This document shows, piece after piece, positions 24,906 through 33,300 of a stretch of DNA of 64,000 bases. This DNA is from an uncultured delta proteobacterium (GTDB taxonomy: Bacteria; Desulfobacterota; Syntrophia; Syntrophales; UBA5619). Under the pieces are notes generated by a model. It saw only the letters and a list, made by a program, of their open reading frames with translations, did not search any database and was not told the origin of the DNA. Location of the stretch: contig CAWJHT010000041.1 in assembly GCA_963842685.1 (NCBI GenBank), positions 18,282 through 82,281 on the forward strand, given 5' to 3'. The translations under genes and the position numbers were made by a program. Position 1 is the first letter of the stretch; every line of letters starts with the position of its first letter.

Positions 24906-25804
24906 CTTTTTTCACCATCTCAGCCGCTTTTCTGTTCCTTTCGATCCCCCCTCTCCTGTCCGCTGAGGAGACGGCACCTTTTCCCGCTTACCAGCAGAAG
25001 ACCTACTTTCCAAAGACCAGCCAGGCAGTAACGGTCCATTCCATATCCGGACCGGGAAAGGGTCCCACCCTGCTTGTGTTTGGAGGTATCCATGGGGATG
25101 AGGAGGCCGGTTACCTGACTGCCGATCGCTTCGTTCATGTCAGAATCAAGAATGGAAGCCTGATTTTGGTGCCGCGCCTGAATGCAGCGGCCATCAAAAA
25201 AAGACAGAGACAGGGTCTGGGGGGTGACATGAACCGCCTCTTTGATCTGCCGGAAAAAACCCGCCATCGCAACCCGGATACGAAGGTCGTCGACCTGGCC
25301 AAATCCCTGATCCAGCAGGCCGATTATGTGATCAATCTCCATCAGGCTTATGATTTCTACGCTCCCAGATGGATTTCCCGGGAACGGAATCCATCCAAAT
25401 GGGGTCAGTGCAATGTGATTGACACCCCCATCTACTATCTGCACAATGGCGATAAACTCGAACCCGGACGTTTTGCACAGACGGTTTCCCAAAGGTCCAA
25501 TGATCGAATCAAAAACAAGAGTTATCAATTTCTGGTGAATAACACGAATACCGGCGGGCCAAAGACCCGGCATAAGGAACAAAAGGGCTCCCTGACCTAT
25601 TATGCCCTGACCAAGCAGCACAAGATCGCCCTGGCTGTCGAGGCGACAAAGAATTGTTCCCTGCCGGAAGCGATCGCTTTTCTTACCATTGCGGTCAACT
25701 CCGCCTTGGAAGAAGCGGGCATTGAGTCCGATTCCCTTCCCGCGGAAGATTTTCTGGTGATCGGTCGGGAAATCAATAGGGGGAAAAAGAAATCAAAAAC
25801 ATAG
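24875..25804 (+). CDS. M14 / succinylglutamate desuccinylase-aspartoacylase family metallopeptidase-like protein (secreted)
   Basis: Signal peptide, then LLVFGGIHGDEEAG (HxxE zinc motif) and GDMNR. Confidence 0.65.
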   Translation: MANHRRIKTIAFFTISAAFLFLSIPPLLSAEETAPFPAYQQKTYFPKTSQAVTVHSISGPGKGPTLLVFGGIHGDEEAGYLTADRFVHVRIKNGSLILVPRLNAAAIKKRQRQGLGGDMNRLFDLPEKTRHRNPDTKVVDLAKSLIQQADYVINLHQAYDFYAPRWISRERNPSKWGQCNVIDTPIYYLHNGDKLEPGRFAQTVSQRSNDRIKNKSYQFLVNNTNTGGPKTRHKEQKGSLTYYALTKQHKIALAVEATKNCSLPEAIAFLTIAVNSALEEAGIESDSLPAEDFLVIGREINRGKKKSKT

Positions 25805-25818
25805 GGCAGGGCAGGCCC

Positions 25819-26280
25819 TCATGGCCGCAACACCTTACTTGCGGCTGCATTCAATGATGCCCTTGTCTTCGCACCGACATAACCGTTCGCCGGGCTGATT
25901 CCCTTGCTGATCTGATATTTGATAACGGCTGCTTTTGTCAATGCGCCGAAGTGCCCTGTTGCCGGAGAAACCCCCAGCAGATTCTGCAATGCGGTGACAT
26001 CCGCTCCTTTGCTGCCGGCCTTAAGATCTTTAGTAAACAGGTCACCTTTCGTTGCCGCTGATGGTCTGTTCACCTCTGATGGTCGGTTTACCGTTGATGG
26101 TCTGCCTAGATTCGCCTTGGCGGCGACTGCCTTTTCTTCGGAAATAAGGCCTAGGGCTAAAAGCAAATCTATATCTGCTGCCGTCAAAGAGGAAGCCGCG
26201 CCGGTTCCGACAACCAATGAAAAAGCCATCGTCAAACCGACCACCAAACCGAATAGGGTTTTTGTTTTTTTTACACTCAT
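25819..26280 (-). CDS. Secreted protein with a peptidoglycan-binding (PG_binding_1) domain
   Basis: Signal peptide MSVKKTKTLFGLVVGL..., then GSKGADVTALQNLLG...GHFGALTKAAVIKYQ. The ORF could extend to 26313. Confidence 0.65.
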   Translation of the reverse strand: MSVKKTKTLFGLVVGLTMAFSLVVGTGAASSLTAADIDLLLALGLISEEKAVAAKANLGRPSTVNRPSEVNRPSAATKGDLFTKDLKAGSKGADVTALQNLLGVSPATGHFGALTKAAVIKYQISKGISPANGYVGAKTRASLNAAASKVLRP

Positions 26281-26437
26281 AACCGAAGGGTATTTTATAA
26301 ATCTTATCATCACTTACCGTTACATGGCCTCAGGGTAAGAGATGCCTCCTTGTATGTCAAGGAGATTTTAATAAGGCGTCCTGTGTCGGTCGGCGCGCGG
26401 AGTTTCCCTCGGGGTTGAGTGATTGTCGCTGTCGGCG

Positions 26438-28024
26438 TCAGCCGTTCTTGTTGAGGTTGTCCTTGCTCAGCTTGTACTGGATACTGTCCACGAGGGCCTG
26501 CCAGCTCGCCTCGATGATGTTTTCGGAGACGCCGATCGTGCTCCACGTCTCTTCCTCGTCACGGGATTCCAGGAGCACCTTGACCCGCGCCGCTGTTCCC
26601 TCGCTCCCCTCAACGATCCGAACCTTGAAGTCGACCAGGTGCATCTGGTTGATCTGGGGGTAGAATTTAGTCAGGGCCTTTCTGAGGGCGTGGTCGAGGG
26701 CGTTCACCGGGCCGTTTCCCTCTGCCGCGGTCAGTTCCACTTCGTCGCCGACGGAGATCTTGATGGTCGCCTGGCAAAGGGAGGGATGATTTCCGGTTTT
26801 CCCGTTGGTGACATTGAAGCATTGGAGCGTAAAGGGTTCCTTGAAAGCGCCGGTGATCTTCTTCATGAGGAGCGCCAGCGAACCGTCGGCTGCGTCGAAC
26901 TGGAACCCCTGGTCCTCCAGTCGCTTGATCTCCCGGACGATCTTCCTGTTGGAGGCGCTGTTGTCTCCCACATCGATACCGAACTCTCTGGCCTTGAAGG
27001 CGATGTTGCTCTTTCCGGCAAGGTCGGAGACGATGACCCGCTGATCGTTACCCACCTGTTCGGGGCGGATGTGTTCGTAGGCCTGGGGATTTTTTGCGAC
27101 CGCGTTCACATGAACGCCTCCTTTGTGGGCGAAGGCGCTCCGTCCGACGAAGGGACGGAAAGGAAGAGGCCGCACATTCGCGACTTCGCTGATGTAATAG
27201 GAGAGATTCGTCAATTGCCGGAGAGATGCCTCCGGGATACATCGACGGTTCATCTTGATCTGAAGATTCCCGATGACGGAAGTTAAATCGGCGTTGCCGC
27301 ACCTCTCCCCGTAGCCGTTGACCGTTCCCTGGACCATGGTCACACCCGCCCGGACGGCGGCGAGGCTGTTCGCCACTGCCAGACCGCAGTCATTATGCGT
27401 GTGGATCCCGAGACGCTCGGGGGGGATGATCTTCGCCGCCTTCAACACCGCCTCGGTCAGATCGTGGGGCAGGGCGCCCCCATTCGTGTCGCAAAGGACG
27501 ATCCGGTCCGCCCCTGCGCCCAGGGCTGCCTTCAGGGTGGCGAGGGCGTAGACGGGATTTCGCAGGTAACCGTCGAAGAAGTGCTCCGCGTCGAAGATCA
27601 CCTCTTTTCCCCTGGTCTTGAGGAATGTGATCGAGTCGCGGATGATCTTCAGATTCTCTTCCAGCGGAATACCGAGGATATCCGTGACATGGAGATCCCA
27701 GCTCTTTCCGAAAATGGCGATGGTCGGTGTTCCGGCCTTGAGAAGGGTCCTGAGGTTTCGGCAATTTTCAGGTCGGATACCCGGTTTCATTGTACTTCCG
27801 AAGGCGGTGAGACGGGCATGGCGGAAGGAAGCCCCTTTCGCCATTTCGAAGAAGCGGGCGTCCTTGGGATTGGAGCCCGGCCATCCCCCCTCGATATAGT
27901 GAAATCCCATCTCGTCAAGGCGCCGGGCGATGCGCAGCTTCTCCTCGGCGGAGAAGTTGATGTGTTCTCCCTGCGTACCGTCCCTCAGGGTTGTGTCGTA
28001 GATCAGGATTTCCGAATTTTCCAT
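26438..28024 (-). CDS. cimA: (R)-citramalate synthase (LeuA-family, CimA type)
   Basis: Intact ORF: IYDTTLRDGTQ, HTHNDCGLAVANSLAAV, and a C-terminal LeuA-dimer regulatory domain. ATG at 28024 is preceded by GGGGGAG. Confidence 0.85.
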   Translation of the reverse strand: MENSEILIYDTTLRDGTQGEHINFSAEEKLRIARRLDEMGFHYIEGGWPGSNPKDARFFEMAKGASFRHARLTAFGSTMKPGIRPENCRNLRTLLKAGTPTIAIFGKSWDLHVTDILGIPLEENLKIIRDSITFLKTRGKEVIFDAEHFFDGYLRNPVYALATLKAALGAGADRIVLCDTNGGALPHDLTEAVLKAAKIIPPERLGIHTHNDCGLAVANSLAAVRAGVTMVQGTVNGYGERCGNADLTSVIGNLQIKMNRRCIPEASLRQLTNLSYYISEVANVRPLPFRPFVGRSAFAHKGGVHVNAVAKNPQAYEHIRPEQVGNDQRVIVSDLAGKSNIAFKAREFGIDVGDNSASNRKIVREIKRLEDQGFQFDAADGSLALLMKKITGAFKEPFTLQCFNVTNGKTGNHPSLCQATIKISVGDEVELTAAEGNGPVNALDHALRKALTKFYPQINQMHLVDFKVRIVEGSEGTAARVKVLLESRDEEETWSTIGVSENIIEASWQALVDSIQYKLSKDNLNKNG

Positions 28025-28042
28025 AACTCCCCCTTGCTGCCG

Positions 28043-28080
28043 AAATAAAAAATCCGTTATCGGTTCGCACCTGATAACGG
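28043..28080 (-). terminator. Intrinsic terminator (attenuator) about 20 nt upstream of the cimA start codon
   Basis: The minus strand reads CCGUUAUC(A)GG-UGCGAA-CCGAUAACGG, followed by AUUUUUUAUUU. Confidence 0.65.
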
Positions 28081-28112
28081 ATCTCGTTGCGTTCAACGAT
28101 GTCTTGCTTAGA

Positions 28113-28208
28113 CTACACCCCGCTCAGGCCCCGGTATGTGGGCCCGATAATTATGCCTCCGATCAGCACGGCGACGAAACGTTTCGGGGTGGTGTCTTTT
28201 CTGTTCAT
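28113..28208 (-). CDS. Candidate Ile/Val-rich leader peptide (31 aa) of the cimA attenuator
   Basis: MNRKDTTPKRFVAVLIGGIIIGPTYRGLSGV. Four Ile, two Val and one Leu fall within 10 residues. It lies between the predicted promoter and the terminator. The RBS is weak. Confidence 0.45.
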   Translation of the reverse strand: MNRKDTTPKRFVAVLIGGIIIGPTYRGLSGV

Positions 28209-28245
28209 GTCCAAAATATCCCTGGTGATTTCCAATACGGATGAA

Positions 28246-28274
28246 TTCATAGACCCTTCCGCAGGATTTGTCAA
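28246..28274 (-). promoter_or_regulatory. Sigma70-like promoter for the cimA leader
   Basis: On the minus strand: TTGACA, a 17-nt spacer, then TATGAA. Confidence 0.4.
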
Positions 28275-28296
28275 ACAAAAAATCGGGCCTCGCACC

Positions 28297-28940
28297 CTAC
28301 CGGGGGCGCTCGGGGGTCATCCGTTCGAGCAGTTTCTCCGCCCTGTAGGTGTTGAAGATGCCGCAGTCGCACATCCGGGAGAGTCTTCTTGGCGGCCGCC
28401 TTGCAGGTTATTTTCCCCTGATCGATCTTCTCGACCATATGCCCGGATCAGGTTGGCGGAGACCATCGCGTGGCCGCACAGGGTGTGGATCTCCAGAATC
28501 TCCCCCTTCGGCACGTTCTCGGTATTGCCGTGGATGCCCAGGGAGTAGTTGACCGTGTGGGGGGCGATGCCGATTTCCGCGCAGATCTTTTCCGTCTCCC
28601 CGCAGAGCCCCGAGACGACGGTCGAGATGCCCAGGTCCGCCTCCTTGAGCTCCTTGAGGCAGGCCTTGATCGTCTCGCGGTCCTTGAATACCGCGTGGAT
28701 GATCCGGCTTTTGGCCTCCGTCTTGAGGAACTCCATGTCGTAGATCTCGCCGTCGCCCCAGGTGGGGTTGTGGTTCCCGAAGTTGACCAGGTCCTTCTCG
28801 TAGTGGGAGATCACCTCCCAGACCCGGCGCATCGTCTCTTCGGAGCCCTCGTGGTTCACGAAGCGGGATGTCCGGAGCAAGAGGACGTAATCCTCCTTCA
28901 GATCCTCCGGGTTTCCCTGTCTGTGCAGCGTGTGGGTCAT
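28297..28940 (-). pseudogene. Uncharacterised Cys-x-His...Cys-x-Cys protein, copy 1; two frame breaks near the 3' end
   Basis: MTHTLHRQG...DY...RTSRFVNHEG...TLCGHAMV. The C-terminus MCDCGIFNTYRAEKLLERMTPERPR* is recovered after two frame shifts. The start overlaps the stop of the upstream ferredoxin-domain gene (ATGA). Confidence 0.6.
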
Positions 28941-29676
28941 TTTGCACCTCCCTCGAACAGCGGCCGGCCGAGCCCCACGTTCGTTTTCGTATTCGGCCTC
29001 GGGGTGAAGCCGGCCTCCCTGGCGATGGCCAGGACCGGCGTGCCGCCGTCGGGGTCCAGGCGGCTGATCAGATCGAGGGAGAAGGCCGTGTCGATCCGCC
29101 CGGAGACCTCCCGGACGACCTCCAGCACCTCCTTGAGCCGCTCCACCGGGATCTTGAGCTCGATGATCGCCGACAGGACCCTCTCGTTCAGGACGGCTTC
29201 GTGGAACTTCCCTGTCTTCGGGTCGGACATCAGCTCCGCCACGGGATTGTTCGGTTCGAACTCCACCCCCAGCCGGGCGATCGCCATGGCCGCGGTCTCC
29301 ATATCCCGGAAGGAGGTCCCGACGCCGGGGCGCCCCATCTCCAGGGCCACGCCGGCCCAGCCGCGGGTGAACCGGCCGGTCACGTCGTTGGTCTTCATCT
29401 CCTCGGTGCCGCGGCCGTTGCCGGTCGTGGAGGGGTGCTTGATATGGGGGTTGCTGAAGTATTCACGCAAGACCCGGGGCCATTCCAGTTTGGGCATGTA
29501 GATCGCGTCGACCGGGCAGACGCCGGATCGTTTAAAGCAGCAGCCGCACTCCACGCACCCGACCTGGTCGATTTCGCTGACCGATGCGCCTCCCGTTCCA
29601 CCGACCGGATTGCTCCGACCGGGCAATAGGGGTGGCATTCATCACATCCGATACACTTTTCCGGATCGATTTGCAT
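28937..29676 (-). pseudogene. 2x[4Fe-4S] ferredoxin-domain protein with an uncharacterised ~170-aa C-terminal domain, copy 1; frame break ~29600
   Basis: MQIDPEKCIGCDECHPYCP (ORF 29395..29676), then CVECGCCFKRSGVCP...HPSTTGNGRGTEEMKTNDVTGRF (ORF 28937..29638). Confidence 0.65.
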
Positions 29677-29697
29677 AGTGGTCTCCTCTGTGAGCGG

Positions 29698-30348
29698 TTA
29701 TGGTTTGCCTTGGCCTGCCTTGGGCGCGCACTCCTCAAGGATCTGTCGGCAGCGGGTGGTGTTGAAGATTCCGCACGGGCAGGGCTGGGCCAGAAGGTGC
29801 GCCCCCTTCTCGGGGGTCATCTTCCCCGCCTTCACCCGGTCCATCACCGCCTTCGTGAGTTTCGAGCCGACCATGCCGTGGCCGCACATGGTCGTGACCT
29901 GCAGGACCTCGTCCTGGGGCAGAAGGGCCCTCTTCCCGTGGACACCCAGGGAGAGGAAGGCCGTGTGGGGGGTAATACCCACCTCCCCGGCGATTTTCGT
30001 GACCTCGTCGATCAGGCCGCTGATGACGATCGAGATTCCCGTGTCGGCTTCCTTGAGTTTTGTGAGGAACGAACGGACGGTCTCCTTGTCGGAGAAGCAG
30101 CCGGCGACGCCGTAGGCCTTGTCCAGTGTGGCCGCGTACTCCTCCGGTTTCAGGCCGGCCTCGTAGCTTTTGCCGGCCTGGCTGGAGCCGTAGTTAACGA
30201 GCTTCTTTTCGCTGAGGGCGATGCTGAGGATCTTACGGAGCTTGGGGCCGCAGCCCTCCCGGTTGACATAGCGGGAGGCGCGGGCGTAGAAGGTATAGTC
30301 ATTCTGAAGCTGTTCGGTGGTTCCGTGACGGTGTAATGCGTGGCTCAT
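29698..30348 (-). CDS. Uncharacterised Cys-x-His...Cys-x-Cys protein, copy 2 (intact)
   Basis: MSHALHRHGTTEQLQNDY...RASRYVNREG...TTMCGHGMVGSKLTKAVMDRVKAGKMTPEKGAHLLAQPCPCGIFN. Confidence 0.7.
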   Translation of the reverse strand: MSHALHRHGTTEQLQNDYTFYARASRYVNREGCGPKLRKILSIALSEKKLVNYGSSQAGKSYEAGLKPEEYAATLDKAYGVAGCFSDKETVRSFLTKLKEADTGISIVISGLIDEVTKIAGEVGITPHTAFLSLGVHGKRALLPQDEVLQVTTMCGHGMVGSKLTKAVMDRVKAGKMTPEKGAHLLAQPCPCGIFNTTRCRQILEECAPKAGQGKP

Positions 30349-30429
30349 GTTTTTCTCCTTAGCGGCCGTCGAAAAGCGCTCGGCTTCCCGGACTTTGTCA
30401 AGTGGCTATCCGTATGGTTTAGCAGGATT

Positions 30430-31152
30430 CTATTCCTCTTTGATGGGTCGTCCCATCCCCATATTGATTTTGGCGTTGGGACGGGCGGGGACACCCAGGG
30501 CCTCGAGCTTTTCGCGGACCGGCAGGGTGCCGTCCTTGGTGAAGCGCGTCGCCAGTCCCCAGGAGACCACGGTGTCGACCTCGGCCAGGACGGGCTGGAG
30601 CTGCCGGACGACCTCCTCGAGTTGCTCTTCCCGGATCTTGAACTCCAGGATGGCCGAGAGGACCTTTTCGTTCCTGAATTCCGGTTTCATCTTTCCGGTG
30701 AACGGCGCCTCCAGCAGGGCGAAGACGGCGTTGTCGTGTTCCAGTTCCACGTCCATCTTGACCAGGGCCAGCAGGACCTTTTCCAGGTCCGCCATCCGGG
30801 CGCCCGTCCCGGGACGGCCGAATTCGAGGGCCATGCCGTACTCCCCCCGTCGGAACCGGCCGGTCACGTCGTTGGTCTTCATCTCCTCGGTGCCGCGCCC
30901 CCCCTGGTTTGTCGAGGGGTGCCAGACGCCCGGGTCGCTGAACTGGGCACGGACGGCCCGTGGGTATTGCATGGCCTCCTCGGGCATGTACAGGGCATCC
31001 GTCGGGCAGACGCCGGCGTGCAGACAAACGCCGCACTCGACGCATTCATCCTGGTCGATGGAGACGGCATCGTCCCTCTCGGCGATGCAGTTCATCGGGC
31101 AGAAGTCGATGCATTCCAGGCAGGCGATGCACTTCTCCGGATCGATCTTCAT
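30430..31152 (-). CDS. 2x[4Fe-4S] ferredoxin-domain protein with an uncharacterised C-terminal domain, copy 2 (intact)
   Basis: CIACLECIDFCP and CVECGVCLHAGVCP, then HPSTNQGGRGTEEMKTNDVTGRF. The ATG overlaps the gntR-family stop (ATGA). Confidence 0.75.
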   Translation of the reverse strand: MKIDPEKCIACLECIDFCPMNCIAERDDAVSIDQDECVECGVCLHAGVCPTDALYMPEEAMQYPRAVRAQFSDPGVWHPSTNQGGRGTEEMKTNDVTGRFRRGEYGMALEFGRPGTGARMADLEKVLLALVKMDVELEHDNAVFALLEAPFTGKMKPEFRNEKVLSAILEFKIREEQLEEVVRQLQPVLAEVDTVVSWGLATRFTKDGTLPVREKLEALGVPARPNAKINMGMGRPIKEE

Positions 31153-31829
31153 GTGGTTTCCTCCCCATTCTTGAATATTTCCGAAAATCGCTTGATCTGG
31201 CCGAGCACAACACCCCTGCGGATGGCCTCGGCCGCTTCGGCGTCACCCGCCTCGAAGGCGGCGATGATCGCCCCGTGTATTCTTGTTGAGTTTTCCATCC
31301 ATCCCGGTCCAACCATGAGTGCTGCACGATAGCGCGTGGTTTGTTTGTCAAAGTCGCGGATCAGCCGGATCAGCCTCGGGTTTCCGCAGGAGTCAACGAT
31401 CAGTTCGTGGAATTTCTGGTTCAGCCGTTGGTAGACCGCATCATTTCCCTTTTCGGCGGCCCGAATCATCTTTTCGTGTAGCTTCTTGAGCGCCTCGATG
31501 AGTCCGGGGGGCTGGCACTGGACGGCCAGAGACATGGCAAGGCCCTCGATGCTGGCCCTGATCTTGTAGATGTCCTGCGCCTCCTGTTGGGTGATCCTGG
31601 CTACAGAGATCCCTTTGCGCGGTTCGCGGATCACAAAACCACGGCTCTCCATGATCTGGAAGGCTTCCCGCACTGGGGTGGGGCTTACGGAAAGGGTCTT
31701 GCAGAGCGCCTCCACGACGATTCTTTCTCCGGGTTGGAGAGTTCCGTCAATGATCCTGGCCTCCAGATCTTCGACGATGTGCTCTGCTAGACTCTTATGA
31801 TTGATTCGTTCGTCCATCCGGTCATCCAT
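31149..31829 (-). CDS. GntR/FadR-family transcriptional regulator, copy 1
   Basis: wHTH region LSVSPTPVREAFQIMESRGFVIREPRKGISV plus an FCD-type C-terminal domain. The ORF is open up to 31895; MDDRMDE at 31829 is the likelier start. Confidence 0.8.
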   Translation of the reverse strand: MDDRMDERINHKSLAEHIVEDLEARIIDGTLQPGERIVVEALCKTLSVSPTPVREAFQIMESRGFVIREPRKGISVARITQQEAQDIYKIRASIEGLAMSLAVQCQPPGLIEALKKLHEKMIRAAEKGNDAVYQRLNQKFHELIVDSCGNPRLIRLIRDFDKQTTRYRAALMVGPGWMENSTRIHGAIIAAFEAGDAEAAEAIRRGVVLGQIKRFSEIFKNGEETT

Positions 31830-31874
31830 CCAAGGGCGATTTTCTGCACCGACTTTGCATGGAGAGAGAATATT

Positions 31875-31898
31875 TTGTCGACAATATTTTGTCAAGGA
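31875..31898 (+). promoter_or_regulatory. Candidate GntR operator: palindrome TTGTCGACAA plus TTTGTCAAGGA
   Basis: TTGTCGACAATATTTTGTCAAGGA. A near-identical 24-mer occurs at 45168..45191 (22 of 24 positions match). Confidence 0.55.
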
Positions 31899-32010
31899 TA
31901 AAATGTCTTTGGCGGCATATAATTTATAAGTATTAGTAATTAATTATTAATATATAATTTTTCCGCTGGACTATCCGGGGATTTTACGGCGGAAAAATGA
32001 ATAAATTTTC

Positions 32011-32039
32011 TTGACACGTGGAAATGACTTTACTATGGT
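32011..32039 (+). promoter_or_regulatory. Sigma70-like promoter upstream of tctC (copy 1)
   Basis: TTGACA, a 17-nt spacer, then TATGGT. This would leave a leader of about 240 nt before the ATG at 32285. Confidence 0.35.
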
Positions 32040-32284
32040 AGCAATGGTAAAAATCGTGCGTGAATCGCAACCTCCGGATCGCCCCCTCGTCTTGCGACGA
32101 GTATCCGCTTGTCATCAACGGTTTGGTGAAGCGTTTATGCGATTTTCTTATTAGCCGTGATCTTTTGAATCGAAGGTAGGATCTCCACAGGTGTCGTGAA
32201 GCGCCATTCGGGCGGGTTGTCTGGATGACGGGAGTCAAAGCAAGGGCCAATATCGTTATTACTTTGTGAAAAGGGAGGATCACT

Positions 32285-33265
32285 ATGACAAGGAAGGTAT
32301 GGTTGTGTGCGGCAGTGCTTGTTTTCACGGTTGTGACCTGCATGGCGGCGTCCAATGTCCTGGCCGCTTATCCTGAAAACCCGGTCGAGATCGTCGTCCA
32401 TTCGTCGCCGGGCGGGGGGAGTGATCTGTTTGCCCGGCAGATCGCCAACATCCTGGAGAGGGAAGGCCTCATCAAACAGAAGCTTCAGGTGGTCAACCGG
32501 ACGGGTGGCGGCGCGGCGATGGCCGTCAATTATCTGGCCGGTAAAAAGAACGATCCCTATGTCTTCATGAATACCACAACCGGTCCCCTGACGACGGTTC
32601 TGCGGGGCGCCACCCGTTTGAAGTTCGAAGGAGCTGTGCCCATCGCCATGCTGGCGGAGGACCCCAACCTGGCGTTTACCGGTTATGATTCCCCTTTCAA
32701 GAGCATGAAAGACGTCATCGCAGCAGCGAAAAAGGCGCCCAAGAAGGTGAATGTCGCCATCGGCACCATCGGCGGTTCCGAGCATATCTGCGCCCACCGC
32801 GTGGCAAAGGCGGCCGGCGTGGAATTCAACATTGTGGCCTTCAAGGGCGGCGGCGAGGCGGCGGCCGCGCTGCTCGGCGGGCACGTGGACCTGAGCTTCG
32901 GAAACGTCCAGGAGCAGATGGGCCAGATCGAGGCGAAGAAGGTCCGAGCGCTGGCCACGATGACGGAAACTCGGCTCCCTTTCCTGCCGAACGTCCCCAC
33001 GATGCAAGAGGAAGGGTACAACGCGGTTTACACGCAGTATAGAGGATTCTGGGCGGCCCCTGGATTCCCTGATTACGCCGTCAAGTACTGGGAAGAAACT
33101 TTTGAGAAGCTGATGAAAGTGCCGGCCTTCAAGGAATACCTGAAGTCAAACCAGGCCGTGGAATCCTTCCGCAAGCACGAGGAGTTCAAGAAATACCTCG
33201 TGAAATATGTGGAGGTTCTGCAAAAAGACATCGACACCCTGGAAATTTACAAAGAGAAAAAGTAG
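32285..33265 (+). CDS. tctC: Tripartite tricarboxylate transporter substrate-binding protein TctC, copy 1
   Basis: Intact ORF: signal peptide, then YPENPVEIVVHSSPGGGSDLFAR, and a Bug/TctC-like sequence throughout. Confidence 0.85.
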   Translation: MTRKVWLCAAVLVFTVVTCMAASNVLAAYPENPVEIVVHSSPGGGSDLFARQIANILEREGLIKQKLQVVNRTGGGAAMAVNYLAGKKNDPYVFMNTTTGPLTTVLRGATRLKFEGAVPIAMLAEDPNLAFTGYDSPFKSMKDVIAAAKKAPKKVNVAIGTIGGSEHICAHRVAKAAGVEFNIVAFKGGGEAAAALLGGHVDLSFGNVQEQMGQIEAKKVRALATMTETRLPFLPNVPTMQEEGYNAVYTQYRGFWAAPGFPDYAVKYWEETFEKLMKVPAFKEYLKSNQAVESFRKHEEFKKYLVKYVEVLQKDIDTLEIYKEKK

Positions 33266-33300
33266 AACCGCGGGATCGCCCTGTTCAGAAGGAGCCATGA

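Larger units (their letters stand above)
29698..31829 (-). repeat. Segmental duplication, copy A (gntR - ferredoxin-domain gene - CxH..CxC gene)
   Basis: Same three-gene order, overlaps and orientation as 41694..43830. The ferredoxin and CxC genes can be aligned by eye at nucleotide level; the gntR genes are more diverged. Confidence 0.7.

Noticed and set aside
26346-26364. Perfect hairpin CTCCTTG-TATGT-CAAGGAG downstream of cimA, as a terminator.
   Set aside because: It is not followed by a U-tract on the cimA (minus) strand, and only a weak T-rich run follows on the plus strand. It may be a weak or bidirectional terminator, or part of the 5' UTR of the next gene. This remains unresolved.
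28025-28296. T-box riboswitch upstream of cimA.
   Set aside because: I see no T-box consensus (AGGGUGGNACCGCG-like) next to the terminator and no obvious specifier-loop architecture. The only GGGUG-like stretch lies upstream of the predicted promoter. A leader peptide plus terminator explains the region better. This needs an Infernal scan to be definitive.
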